Below, piece by piece: positions 28,279 through 37,085 of a stretch of 64,000 bases of DNA. A model generated the notes under the pieces. It was not told the DNA's origin, made no database searches, and saw nothing but the letters and a program-made list of their open reading frames with translations. Origin of the DNA: Calditrichales bacterium (lineage in GTDB: Bacteria > Calditrichota > Calditrichia > Calditrichales > J004); contig OZ254086.1 of NCBI GenBank assembly GCA_965267575.1, forward strand, positions 2,080,001 through 2,144,000, in the 5' to 3' direction. Position 1 is the stretch's first letter, and each line of letters opens with the position of its first letter. The translations under genes were made by a program, and so were the position numbers.

Positions 28279-30411
28279 ATGACTGACGCAAATGGAAATG
28301 TGATGGACTACTTTGGCATTAACACGTTTAACGACGATGTGATGCGTGAAAAGCTGCCAAAGGATGTTTACAAAGCTTTGAAAGAGACGATACACCGCGG
28401 CGCCAAATTGGAAGAAGAAGTGGCCGCCAGCGTGGCCCATGCCATGAAAGAGTGGGCGCTGGAAAACGGTGTCAGCCATTTTACACACTGGTTTCAGCCG
28501 ATGACCGGCCTGACCGCGGAAAAGCACGACGCCTTCCTGGACATCGACAGCGACGGACAGCCGATACAGCGTTTTAGCGGCGATAAGCTTATCCAGGGCG
28601 AACCGGATGCTTCCAGTTTCCCCAGCGGAGGTATGCGTACTACGTTTGAAGCCCGTGGCTATACCATGTGGGATCCATCCAGCCCGGCTTTTATCGCCGA
28701 AGGACCGCACGGCGGTATTCTCTGTATCCCCTCTGTATTTATCAGCTACAATGGTGAGGCGCTGGACAAGAAGACGCCGTTGTTGCGCTCGATGCACGCC
28801 CTGGATATAGCCGCGCGTAAAATGCTCTCTGCCTTTGGCCGCGACGTGGAGCGGGTAACCACCACGCTTGGCCCGGAGCAGGAGTATTTTCTTGTTGACA
28901 AAAATTTCTATGAAGAGCGTCCCGATCTTATCCTGGCCGGCCGCACGCTGATTGGCGCGCAACCGCCCAAGGGACAGGAAATGGAAGACCACTACTTCGG
29001 CAGCATCAAAGAGCGTGTTTTGGAGTTTATGCAGCTGGCTGAAAAAGAGCTTTACAAGCTGGGCATTCCGGCCAAAACGCGCCACAATGAAGTAGCGCCG
29101 CACCAGTTTGAGCTGGCGCCGATTTTTGCGGAGGCCAACGTAGCCGCCGACCGTAACCAGATGGTGATGGAGGTCCTGAAAAAAGTAGCCACCCGTCTGG
29201 ACCTGGCTTTGCTGCTTAACGAAAAACCTTTCGCCGGTATCAACGGCTCGGGCAAGCACCTCAACTATTCCATCGTGGACAGCGAAGGCGTTAACCTGCT
29301 CGACCCCGGCCACACGCCGCAGGAGAATTTGCAGTTCCTGCTGTTTATGGTTGCCGTCGTAGATGCCGTTTACAGTCATGCCGATATCATTCGTGCTTCG
29401 ATTGCCTCGGCCGGCAATGATCACCGCCTGGGCGCCAATGAAGCGCCTCCGGCGATTGTCTCGGTCTTTTTGGGGCGCACGCTTTCCGATATCCTGGATT
29501 CAATCGAAAGCGGCAAAACCGATCATGTGACGGAAAAGAAAATCATCGATCTGGGGCTGACCAACCTTCCCAAGATCATGCAGGACAACACGGACCGCAA
29601 CCGGACATCGCCGTTCGCCTTTACCGGAAACAAGTTCGAGTTCCGCGCTGTGGGCAGCTCGGCAAGTATCTCCATGCCGGCCACAATCCTCAACGCGGCC
29701 GTGGCGGATTCGCTTACGCGCATGGCAAGTGATCTGAGAGCGTTGACGGAAAAAGGCAAGGATATCCGCGACGCCTCATTTGAAGTCCTGCAAAAGTATG
29801 TTAAGAAAACAAAGCCTGTCCGTTTTGAAGGCAACAACTATTCTGAAGAATGGGTAAAGGAAGCCGAAAAACGCGGCCTGCCCAACCTGAAGAACACCGT
29901 TGAAGCTCTGCAACCGCTGCTGGAGAAGAAAAACGTTGAAATGCTTTCCAAGCTGGAAGTGTTCAGCGAAGCCGAAATACGTTCGCGCTACAATACAAAG
30001 ATCGAACGCTATATCAATTCGCTTTCAATCGAATATGATACGCTGCTTAATATGGCCACCACGATGGTTATTCCCGCGGCCATCTCATACCAGAACGAGC
30101 TGATCACCACACTGCGCGGATTAAAAGAGATGAGCGACATGGTGGGTGACGGTGTTGTAATTGAGCAGGGCAAACTGCTGGCTTCGGTTTCCGCGGAAAC
30201 GGCAGCGCTTTACACAGCACTGGAAGATCTGAAAAAGCTGGATGCTTCCGGCGAAGCAATGCATGATGAAACGAAGAAGGCTTTCCATGTGGTTGAAAAG
30301 ATCGTACCGGCAATGAATATCGTGCGCTCACACTGCGACCGCCTGGAAGAACTGCTTCCCGATACACTGTGGCCCATGCCCAAGTATCGCGAACTGCTGT
30401 TTATTATGTAA
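28279..30411 (+). CDS. glnN: Glutamine synthetase type III
   Basis: THWFQPMTGLTAEKHDAF, GEPDASSFPSGG, HNEVAPHQFE, KPFAGINGSGKH, HRLGANEAPPAI, DRNRTSPFAFTGNKFEFRAVG. Confidence 0.93.
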   Translation: MTDANGNVMDYFGINTFNDDVMREKLPKDVYKALKETIHRGAKLEEEVAASVAHAMKEWALENGVSHFTHWFQPMTGLTAEKHDAFLDIDSDGQPIQRFSGDKLIQGEPDASSFPSGGMRTTFEARGYTMWDPSSPAFIAEGPHGGILCIPSVFISYNGEALDKKTPLLRSMHALDIAARKMLSAFGRDVERVTTTLGPEQEYFLVDKNFYEERPDLILAGRTLIGAQPPKGQEMEDHYFGSIKERVLEFMQLAEKELYKLGIPAKTRHNEVAPHQFELAPIFAEANVAADRNQMVMEVLKKVATRLDLALLLNEKPFAGINGSGKHLNYSIVDSEGVNLLDPGHTPQENLQFLLFMVAVVDAVYSHADIIRASIASAGNDHRLGANEAPPAIVSVFLGRTLSDILDSIESGKTDHVTEKKIIDLGLTNLPKIMQDNTDRNRTSPFAFTGNKFEFRAVGSSASISMPATILNAAVADSLTRMASDLRALTEKGKDIRDASFEVLQKYVKKTKPVRFEGNNYSEEWVKEAEKRGLPNLKNTVEALQPLLEKKNVEMLSKLEVFSEAEIRSRYNTKIERYINSLSIEYDTLLNMATTMVIPAAISYQNELITTLRGLKEMSDMVGDGVVIEQGKLLASVSAETAALYTALEDLKKLDASGEAMHDETKKAFHVVEKIVPAMNIVRSHCDRLEELLPDTLWPMPKYRELLFIM

Positions 30412-30434
30412 AAAAGATGACGCTGTTAAACACG

Positions 30435-30466
30435 AAGGCCGGCTCTCAAATAGCCGGCCTTTTTTT
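30435..30466 (+). terminator. Rho-independent terminator after GSIII
   Basis: aaggccggct-ctcaaat-agccggcctt followed by a T run. Confidence 0.8.
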
Positions 30467-30568
30467 AATTCAACTTATTCTCGAAATGATTTGAGAATGA
30501 TAATGAGAATGAGAAAGAAAAAGAATATCAGACCAGAGATTGCCTGATTCCAGGGTTCATTGCACCTT

Positions 30569-30664
30569 ACACTAACACACTAACACACTAACACACTAAC
30601 ACACTAACACACTAACACACTAACACACTAACACACTAACACACTAACACACTAACACACTAAC
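30569..30664. repeat. Perfect tandem repeat (ACACTAAC)x12
   Basis: 12 exact 8-bp units counted; degenerate 8-mers (actttagc, accctaga, accctagc) continue to about 30690. Confidence 0.95.
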
Positions 30665-30706
30665 ACTTTAGCACCCTAGAACCCTAGCCCCCATTACTCC
30701 AACGCA

Positions 30707-32662
30707 CTAGCCGAGCTGCTCCAGCAATTCCTCGTAGGCCAGTTGCTTTTCTTCCCACGTGTTTTCCAGTTTGCCTAGCTGCTCTTCAAGCGCGGTTAAA
30801 TGTTTGTTTAGCTTTGCGGCCTTTTGCGGATCGTTGTATGTGTCGGGATTGGCCAATTCGCTTTCAATGGCGCTTTTTTCTGCGTGCAGCGATTCGATTT
30901 CCTGTTCCAGTCTGGCGATATCGTTTTCCAGGCTGCGCCGCTGTTTGCTAACAGCCTGGCGTGCTTCGGCCTCCTGCCGCCGCTGCTCTTTACTTTTGCG
31001 CGCGCTGCCACCACCATTGCCCGCTTTTTCTTTTTGATTGTTTTCTTCCGTCTTCAGCGCCTGTCGCTCGCGACGCCGTTTTTCGAGGTAGCTGCTGTAA
31101 TTGCCGAGGTATTCTTTGAGCGAGCCGTCGCGCAGGGCGCTAACCCGCTGCACCAGCCGGTCCAGGAAATAGCGGTCGTGCGAGATGACCAGCAAGGTGC
31201 CGTCGTAGTCACGCAGGGCTTGCTCCAGCGCCTCGCGGGAAGCGAGGTCCAGGTGGTTGGTCGGCTCATCCATGATCAGAAAATTGCATGGCGAGAGCAG
31301 GATTTTTGCCAGCGAAACGCGCGCCTTTTCGCCGCCGGAAAGCACGCCGATCTTTTTGTTAACGTCATCTCCGCTTAGCCGGAATACGCCCAGGATATCT
31401 CGGACATGGGGCCGCAGGGAGGGGGCCGCGCTTTCGGTCACTTCATCAATGATTATATTTTCCAGATTTAAGGCATCCACCTGGTGCTGGGCATAGTAGC
31501 CGATATTTACGCGCTCCCCAATGCGCATGCTGCCGCTGTCCGGCTTCAGCTCGCCGGAGATCAACCGCGTAAGTGTCGTTTTGCCCGCGCCGTTTTCGCC
31601 CACCAGGGCCACTTTGTCGCCGCGTTCGATGCGCCAGTCCAGCCCCTTTAGCACCCGGTTATCACCGTAGGCAAAGTGGACGTTTTCCGCCGCCAGCACT
31701 TCGCGATAGCTTTTTACGTCGGTTTTAATTTTAAAGGAGATAGCACGGGGGTCGTCTTCGGGCAGCTCGATCTCTTCCATTTTTCCCATCATTTTAATAC
31801 GGCTCTGCACCTGCGCCGCTTTGCTGGCCTTGTAGCGGAAGCGATCAATAAACTGCTGCGTTTGCTTGCGCTCGGCGCGTTGTTTCTCCAGCGCTTTCAA
31901 GGCCTGCTCGCGCTGCAGTTGTTTCTTTGCCTCAAAGTCGTGATAGCTGCCGGGGTAAACGCGCAGCCTGCCGTTGCGCAGCTCGGCAATTTCCATGGCC
32001 AGGCGCTCGATGAAAAAGCGGTCGTGCGAAACGATCACAAGACTGCCGGGAAAATCGCGCAGGTAATCTTCCAGCCACTCCAGGCTGGGCAGGTCCAGGT
32101 GGTTGGTGGGCTCATCCAGCAGAAGCAGGTCGGGCTGTTGCAGCAGTAGCCGCGCCAGGTGTCCGCGCATACGCCAGCCGCCGCTGAAGGTGGCCAGCTT
32201 CTTGGAGTGGTCCTCGTTTTTAAAGCCCAGGCCGGCAAGAATCTTTTTTGCTTCCGATTCCAGCGAATAGCCGCCCAAAAGCTGAAAGCGGTCCTGTAGT
32301 TTACCTAATTCACTGATGAGCTCATCCTGGCCGGGATTGTCCCTGAGCCTTTGCTGTATCTCTTCGATGCGCTGTTCCGTTTCGATCACTTCGCGGTGGC
32401 CTTGCAGCACAAGTTCCAGCAGGCTGCCGCTTACCGCCGCCGGCTCTTCCTGGGGCAGGTAACCGATGCGGTAGTCGTTTGCCTTGATCATGCTGCCGCT
32501 GCGTGGCGTCAGCTCGCCGGTAATGAGACGCAGCAGCGTGGTTTTGCCCGCACCGTTGGGACCCACCAGCGCTGAACGTATGCCGGGCTTGATCACCCAG
32601 GAAACGTCATCCAGCAAAATACGATCGCCAATATGATATGAAATATTTTTTATCTGAAGCAT
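30707..32662 (-). CDS. ABC-F family ATPase (YheS/Uup-like ribosome-associated)
   Basis: Two ABC domains (GPNGAGKTT/FSGGW/LLLDEPTNHLD; GENGAGKTT/LSGGE/DEPTNHLD), no TM segments, C-terminal coiled coil. Confidence 0.92.
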   Translation of the reverse strand: MLQIKNISYHIGDRILLDDVSWVIKPGIRSALVGPNGAGKTTLLRLITGELTPRSGSMIKANDYRIGYLPQEEPAAVSGSLLELVLQGHREVIETEQRIEEIQQRLRDNPGQDELISELGKLQDRFQLLGGYSLESEAKKILAGLGFKNEDHSKKLATFSGGWRMRGHLARLLLQQPDLLLLDEPTNHLDLPSLEWLEDYLRDFPGSLVIVSHDRFFIERLAMEIAELRNGRLRVYPGSYHDFEAKKQLQREQALKALEKQRAERKQTQQFIDRFRYKASKAAQVQSRIKMMGKMEEIELPEDDPRAISFKIKTDVKSYREVLAAENVHFAYGDNRVLKGLDWRIERGDKVALVGENGAGKTTLTRLISGELKPDSGSMRIGERVNIGYYAQHQVDALNLENIIIDEVTESAAPSLRPHVRDILGVFRLSGDDVNKKIGVLSGGEKARVSLAKILLSPCNFLIMDEPTNHLDLASREALEQALRDYDGTLLVISHDRYFLDRLVQRVSALRDGSLKEYLGNYSSYLEKRRRERQALKTEENNQKEKAGNGGGSARKSKEQRRQEAEARQAVSKQRRSLENDIARLEQEIESLHAEKSAIESELANPDTYNDPQKAAKLNKHLTALEEQLGKLENTWEEKQLAYEELLEQLG

Positions 32663-32822
32663 GGTTTACCGTTTTTGTGCAAGCCTCAAAGGTAGGTTGC
32701 ACGCGGCAAAAGGGCAATCATTTCAGACGCACAGTATGACAATCGTGGCCCAAAAGGCGAAATAGGTTGAATCTTTTAATCGCTTCTGCTAATTTCAATT
32801 TCGGTAAATTAAAAGGACTTTT

Positions 32823-33746
32823 ATGGCTGGAACGGCCTTTTTGAAATTCGATGAGCTAACGGCACCCGAACTGGACCAACTGGATCGTGAGAAGACCGTT
32901 TTCATGCTTCCGATCAGCCTGCTGGAAGAGCACGGCCCGCACCTTCCGCTGGGCGTGGATGTCTACGTGGCTGATTTTATGGCGCAAAGGATTATCGACC
33001 TGATTGCCGGCGAACATCCCGATTTTACCATCGTCAAGTTTCCACCCATCCCCATCGGCAGCGGAGGTATACGCTGGGTGGGTACAATCAACAGTAAACA
33101 GAGAACCGTACGTAAGGTATTGCTTGATTATTGCCGCAATCTGGGACGTTATGGTTTTAAATATTTGCTGATCAGTAACGGACACGGCGGGTTGGGCCAC
33201 GTTGTCGCGCTGGAAGAAGCGGCTCGCATTGCCACGCGCCGTTATAATATGTCCGTTATATCACCCAGCGGGCGGATTGCTTTTGAATTTTTAACCGGCG
33301 AATACGGCGAGGAGATTGAGCGCAGGCTGGGACGTCCGTTCACCGAAGAGGAAAAGGCCGGCACGGGTCGCGACCATCATGCCGGATGGTGGGAAACCAG
33401 CGTAATGCAGCTTATCCGCCCTGAGCTTGTAAAAGACAGCTTCCGCGGTTTAAAGCCGTTTTATCTGACCCGCTTCCAGCGTTTTACAAATAAGGTCTAT
33501 CCCGGTGACCAGGGTTACCGCGGGGTGCCGGCGCTCGCTTCCGCCGAATACGCCGATGCCGTTACGCAGGTGATGCTGGAACACACCAAGCCGATTATCG
33601 CCAAATGGCTGCGTGGCGAAAATGTGCAGCAGGATGCCGGCTCGCCGCTTTACGGCATGCTTTTTTTCCGCACCAATTTCGACCGGACAGCCTGGGTGAT
33701 CCTCGTTCTGATCCTGGCTGCCATTATCTGGGTGCTCAGCTCCTGA
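32823..33746 (+). CDS. Creatininase/creatinine amidohydrolase family protein with C-terminal TM helix
   Basis: EEHGPHLPLGVD, NGHGG, HHAGWWETS motifs. Confidence 0.82.
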   Translation: MAGTAFLKFDELTAPELDQLDREKTVFMLPISLLEEHGPHLPLGVDVYVADFMAQRIIDLIAGEHPDFTIVKFPPIPIGSGGIRWVGTINSKQRTVRKVLLDYCRNLGRYGFKYLLISNGHGGLGHVVALEEAARIATRRYNMSVISPSGRIAFEFLTGEYGEEIERRLGRPFTEEEKAGTGRDHHAGWWETSVMQLIRPELVKDSFRGLKPFYLTRFQRFTNKVYPGDQGYRGVPALASAEYADAVTQVMLEHTKPIIAKWLRGENVQQDAGSPLYGMLFFRTNFDRTAWVILVLILAAIIWVLSS

Positions 33747-33749
33747 TAT

Positions 33750-34346
33750 CTATTTAAGCCATCCCGTCACACTCAGGCGCTCGCGCGAAGCAGGCATTAC
33801 CTCGTGCTCGATGCGTTGGCTTGGAAAAATCACCGTTCTTCCCCAAACCGGCTGCACATGCAGATCCTGCTGTTCCAGGTAAAGCACAAGTGAACCGCCA
33901 TCCTCCGGGGTCCAGTCTTTGTTCAGGTATGTAACCACTGAGAACTTGCGCGCGTCATCGTTGCGGAAACGATCCAGGTGGCGCTTGTAAAAACTCCCCT
34001 TCTCGTAACAGGCGTAGTGGCATTCAAAATCACGGATGTTTGTAAAGCAGGTGGCATTCAGGTATTCGCTGAGGGATTTGATTTGCGCCAGGAACGTACG
34101 CTCGAAGGCGTAAGAAGAGTGGTTATCTATCCAGAAGATTTTGTCGGAACGGACGGCCTCATTCTGTAAAAAACGGGCACTGTTGCCAATGCCCGCCTGT
34201 TTCAGTTCGGCGCGATCGCGTTTATGCAGCAATTCGCTGCGCAGGTTATCAAGGGTAGCATCGTCAAAAAAGCCATCCGCGATTGCGAAATCGCTTTCCG
34301 AGATGTCGTTGATAATTTTCTCAAAAAGAATGTCTGTTGTTTGCAA
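33750..34346 (-). CDS. 2OG-Fe(II) oxygenase, prolyl-4-hydroxylase (SM-20/EGLN)-like
   Basis: RSDKIFW, YKRHLD, YLN..W....GG.L, FPS....HEV.P..RERLSVTGW. Confidence 0.85.
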   Translation of the reverse strand: MQTTDILFEKIINDISESDFAIADGFFDDATLDNLRSELLHKRDRAELKQAGIGNSARFLQNEAVRSDKIFWIDNHSSYAFERTFLAQIKSLSEYLNATCFTNIRDFECHYACYEKGSFYKRHLDRFRNDDARKFSVVTYLNKDWTPEDGGSLVLYLEQQDLHVQPVWGRTVIFPSQRIEHEVMPASRERLSVTGWLK

Positions 34347-34401
34347 GACCGCCGGCCTCCGTGTAAAACCGGCGGAATTTACGCACGCGCAAGGGCCTGC
34401 G

Positions 34402-35592
34402 CTATACCTCTTCCTTAAAATTTTTCAGCGGATCGCTTTCGGCCTCATAGTCTACACCATCATAGCCAAAACCAAAGAGCTTCAGGAACTCCTCCTTATA
34501 GCCGGCAAAATCGGTCAACTGATGCAGGTTTTCCGTATTTATTCTAGGCCAGATCTCTTCGATTTCCCGTTGCACCTCTTTGTCCATCTCCAGATCATCC
34601 AGACGCAGACGGCCTTCCTCATCCACGGGTGTAGCCTTGCTGTAGAGGCGGTCGCGGAACAGCCGGTTGATCTGTTCGATGCAGCCTTCGTGGGTGCCTT
34701 TTTCCTTCATGACCTTGTATAAGATGGAAATGTACAGCGGCACAACGGGGATGGCCGAGCTGGCTTGCGTAACCAGCGCTTTCATAACCGCCACATAGGA
34801 AGAACCGTTTAGCGGTTGCAGCATTTTATTCAGCCGCGCGGATGTTTTGTCCAGGTCTTCCTTGGCCTTGCCGATGGTGCCCTCCCAGTAGATCGGCCAG
34901 GTAAGTTTTGTGCCAATATAAGTATAGGCGATCGTCTTGCAGCCTTCATTGAGCAGGTGGGCGTCTGCCAGGCGCTGCATCCACATTTCCCAGTCCTCAC
35001 CGCCCATAACCTTGATTGTGCCTTCGATATCTTCCTGCGTTGCCGGCTCCAGGTGCACGGGTTTGATCTCTTCTTTATCCGTGTCCAGCGTTTTGCCGTC
35101 ATAATCCTGGTCGATGGGTTTCAGCGTGGATTTGTAGACTTCGCCTGTTTTGGGATCTTGCCGGCGGGGTGCCGCCACGCTGTAAATAACGAGGTCGAAA
35201 GGCGCAAAATGCTCGCGCGCCAGGGCGATTGTTTTCTCCTTAATCTCATCACTGAAGGCATCGCCGCTGATGCTTTTATTTGGCAGGCCGGCTTTGTCGG
35301 CCTCCTTTTCAAATGCCACCGCGTTATACCAGCCGGCGGTTGCTGTTTTTTTCTCCGTGGGCGGTTTTTCAAAAAAGATGCCCAGTGTGGCGGCGTTGCT
35401 GCCAAAAGCCGCAGTTATGCGCGAGGCCAGACCGTAGCCGGTGGACGCACCGATAACCAGTACATTTTTTGGTCCGTTTTCAATAAGACCGTCTTTTTTT
35501 ACGTGCTCAATTTGCTCTTTTACGTTTTGGTGGCATCCTTCCGGGTGTGCCGTTAAACAAACAAAACCTCTTACCTTAGGTTGAATAACCAT
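34402..35592 (-). CDS. fabV: Enoyl-ACP / trans-2-enoyl-CoA reductase FabV
   Basis: MVIQPKVRGFVCLTAHPEGC, GASTGYGLASRI, YWEGTIGKAK (Y-x8-K), KALVTQASSAIP. Confidence 0.93.
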   Translation of the reverse strand: MVIQPKVRGFVCLTAHPEGCHQNVKEQIEHVKKDGLIENGPKNVLVIGASTGYGLASRITAAFGSNAATLGIFFEKPPTEKKTATAGWYNAVAFEKEADKAGLPNKSISGDAFSDEIKEKTIALAREHFAPFDLVIYSVAAPRRQDPKTGEVYKSTLKPIDQDYDGKTLDTDKEEIKPVHLEPATQEDIEGTIKVMGGEDWEMWMQRLADAHLLNEGCKTIAYTYIGTKLTWPIYWEGTIGKAKEDLDKTSARLNKMLQPLNGSSYVAVMKALVTQASSAIPVVPLYISILYKVMKEKGTHEGCIEQINRLFRDRLYSKATPVDEEGRLRLDDLEMDKEVQREIEEIWPRINTENLHQLTDFAGYKEEFLKLFGFGYDGVDYEAESDPLKNFKEEV

Positions 35593-35611
35593 TACGTTTC
35601 CCGTTTTTGTT

Positions 35612-36994
35612 TTAACTTATCTGGTAGATTTTTTTCTCGGCGGCATGGGCTTCAATTTCCTTGCGCCGCGTGTCATAACCACTGCGACCCATCAGGGCAT
35701 AGGTGGCTATTTTTCCCGCTTCAACACCGGGCTGGTTAAAAGCGTTTATATCCAGCAATTCACCGGCGTAAGCAGTGGCCGCTTCAAAAAAGAAAAACAA
35801 TCCGCCGATCGATTCTTCGTTCACCTCGGATATACGCAGCGTAACGTTGGGCCTGTTGCTTTGCGATAGTGCCAGTTCCGTGGCCTTTTTCTCCGCGCTT
35901 AACAGCTCACCCAATGATTTCTCCGCCAGGTAATTGAAATCCTCGATATACGGAAAATGGTTTTTTAGCGGCGTGTGGTTTTTGAACTTCTCCACCTCGA
36001 TAAATGTGATCACTTTATCGTTGGGGCCTTCCATGTAAAGCTGCACCTGGGAGTGCTGGTCCGTCGCGCCCAATGCTTTCACCGGCGTCTGCCCGACATT
36101 CACGGTATTTTCTTTGCGGTCCACGCGCTTACCGAGGCTTTCAGCCCATAGCTGGCAATACCAGTCGGCCAGGTCCTTCAACTTATTGCTGTATGGCATC
36201 ATCACGCTGATGTTTTTGCCGCGCTTCATATATAATGTGTGAATGGCCGCAAACAGAAAGGCAGGGTTATCGATCAGGTTGTCCGACTTGCAGCGCTCGG
36301 CCATTTTGGCCGCGCCTTTCAGAACCTTGTTGATGTTGATACCGCTCATCGCTGCCGGAAGCAGGCCAACCGGCGTCAACACGGAAAAGCGTCCGCCCAC
36401 GTTTGGCGGAATCCGGAAACACTTTATGGCATTTTCCTGGGCGATCTCGTTGAGCAGCCCTTTGTGCGGATCGGTGGTGAAAACAAGGTTCTTGTAAAAA
36501 TTGCTGCCTACCGCCTTTTTCAGGTGATCCATAAAGTGCAGCAGGGTAGCCGCGGTCTCGGCTGTACCGCCGGACTTGGACACAATGTTAAACAGGGTTT
36601 TTCCTGGTTCAATCACTTCAAGAAGCTCACTGATCCAGTCGGGGTCAACGTTATCGGGGAAGAAGATTTTTGGTGTATTATTTAGGTTGTGGTGCTGGCT
36701 GTTTAGTGAGTTTTGTAGCACGATTGGCCCCAGCGCCGATCCGCCTATGCCCACATGAACAAAATACTTAAAACGCTCCCGCGCCGATTCGGCATAGGTT
36801 TTTACGGATTCGGCCGTTTCTTTGTCAAAGGGCAGATTATAGAAGCCCAGTTCGTCACTATCATATCTTTCATGCAGCCTGTAATGGATGTCCTGGTTGA
36901 CAGCCGCCAGCTCTTCAAGTTCCTGATGATCAAAACCGTCGATACTATCTATATTGGGGGAAATGACGTTGGAGTAGTCAAAAACGATACTCAT
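35612..36994 (-). CDS. pgi: Glucose-6-phosphate isomerase
   Basis: GIGGSALG, SKSGGTAET, VGGRFSVL, QLWAESLGK, DQHSQ, FNQPGVEAGK. Confidence 0.93.
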   Translation of the reverse strand: MSIVFDYSNVISPNIDSIDGFDHQELEELAAVNQDIHYRLHERYDSDELGFYNLPFDKETAESVKTYAESARERFKYFVHVGIGGSALGPIVLQNSLNSQHHNLNNTPKIFFPDNVDPDWISELLEVIEPGKTLFNIVSKSGGTAETAATLLHFMDHLKKAVGSNFYKNLVFTTDPHKGLLNEIAQENAIKCFRIPPNVGGRFSVLTPVGLLPAAMSGININKVLKGAAKMAERCKSDNLIDNPAFLFAAIHTLYMKRGKNISVMMPYSNKLKDLADWYCQLWAESLGKRVDRKENTVNVGQTPVKALGATDQHSQVQLYMEGPNDKVITFIEVEKFKNHTPLKNHFPYIEDFNYLAEKSLGELLSAEKKATELALSQSNRPNVTLRISEVNEESIGGLFFFFEAATAYAGELLDINAFNQPGVEAGKIATYALMGRSGYDTRRKEIEAHAAEKKIYQIS

Positions 36995-37025
36995 ACATAT
37001 TCCGCTATTTAATTGAACTTTTGAT

Positions 37026-37057
37026 AAAAAAAAAGCCCGGGAAATTGCTCCCGGGCT
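37026..37057 (-). terminator. Rho-independent terminator after clpC
   Basis: A run followed by gcccggga-aattgc-tcccgggc (hairpin plus U tract on the minus strand). Confidence 0.75.
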
Positions 37058-37085
37058 ATGTAGTTACAGAGAAAGATTTATTAAA

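Noticed and set aside
25012-29424. Long antisense ORFs (577 aa at 25012-26745, 460 aa at 28042-29424)
   Set aside because: They overlap the M16 peptidase and GSIII on the opposite strand; typical codon-bias shadows.
30569-30664. Possible CRISPR array
   Set aside because: Contiguous 8-bp units with no spacers, and no cas genes in the window.
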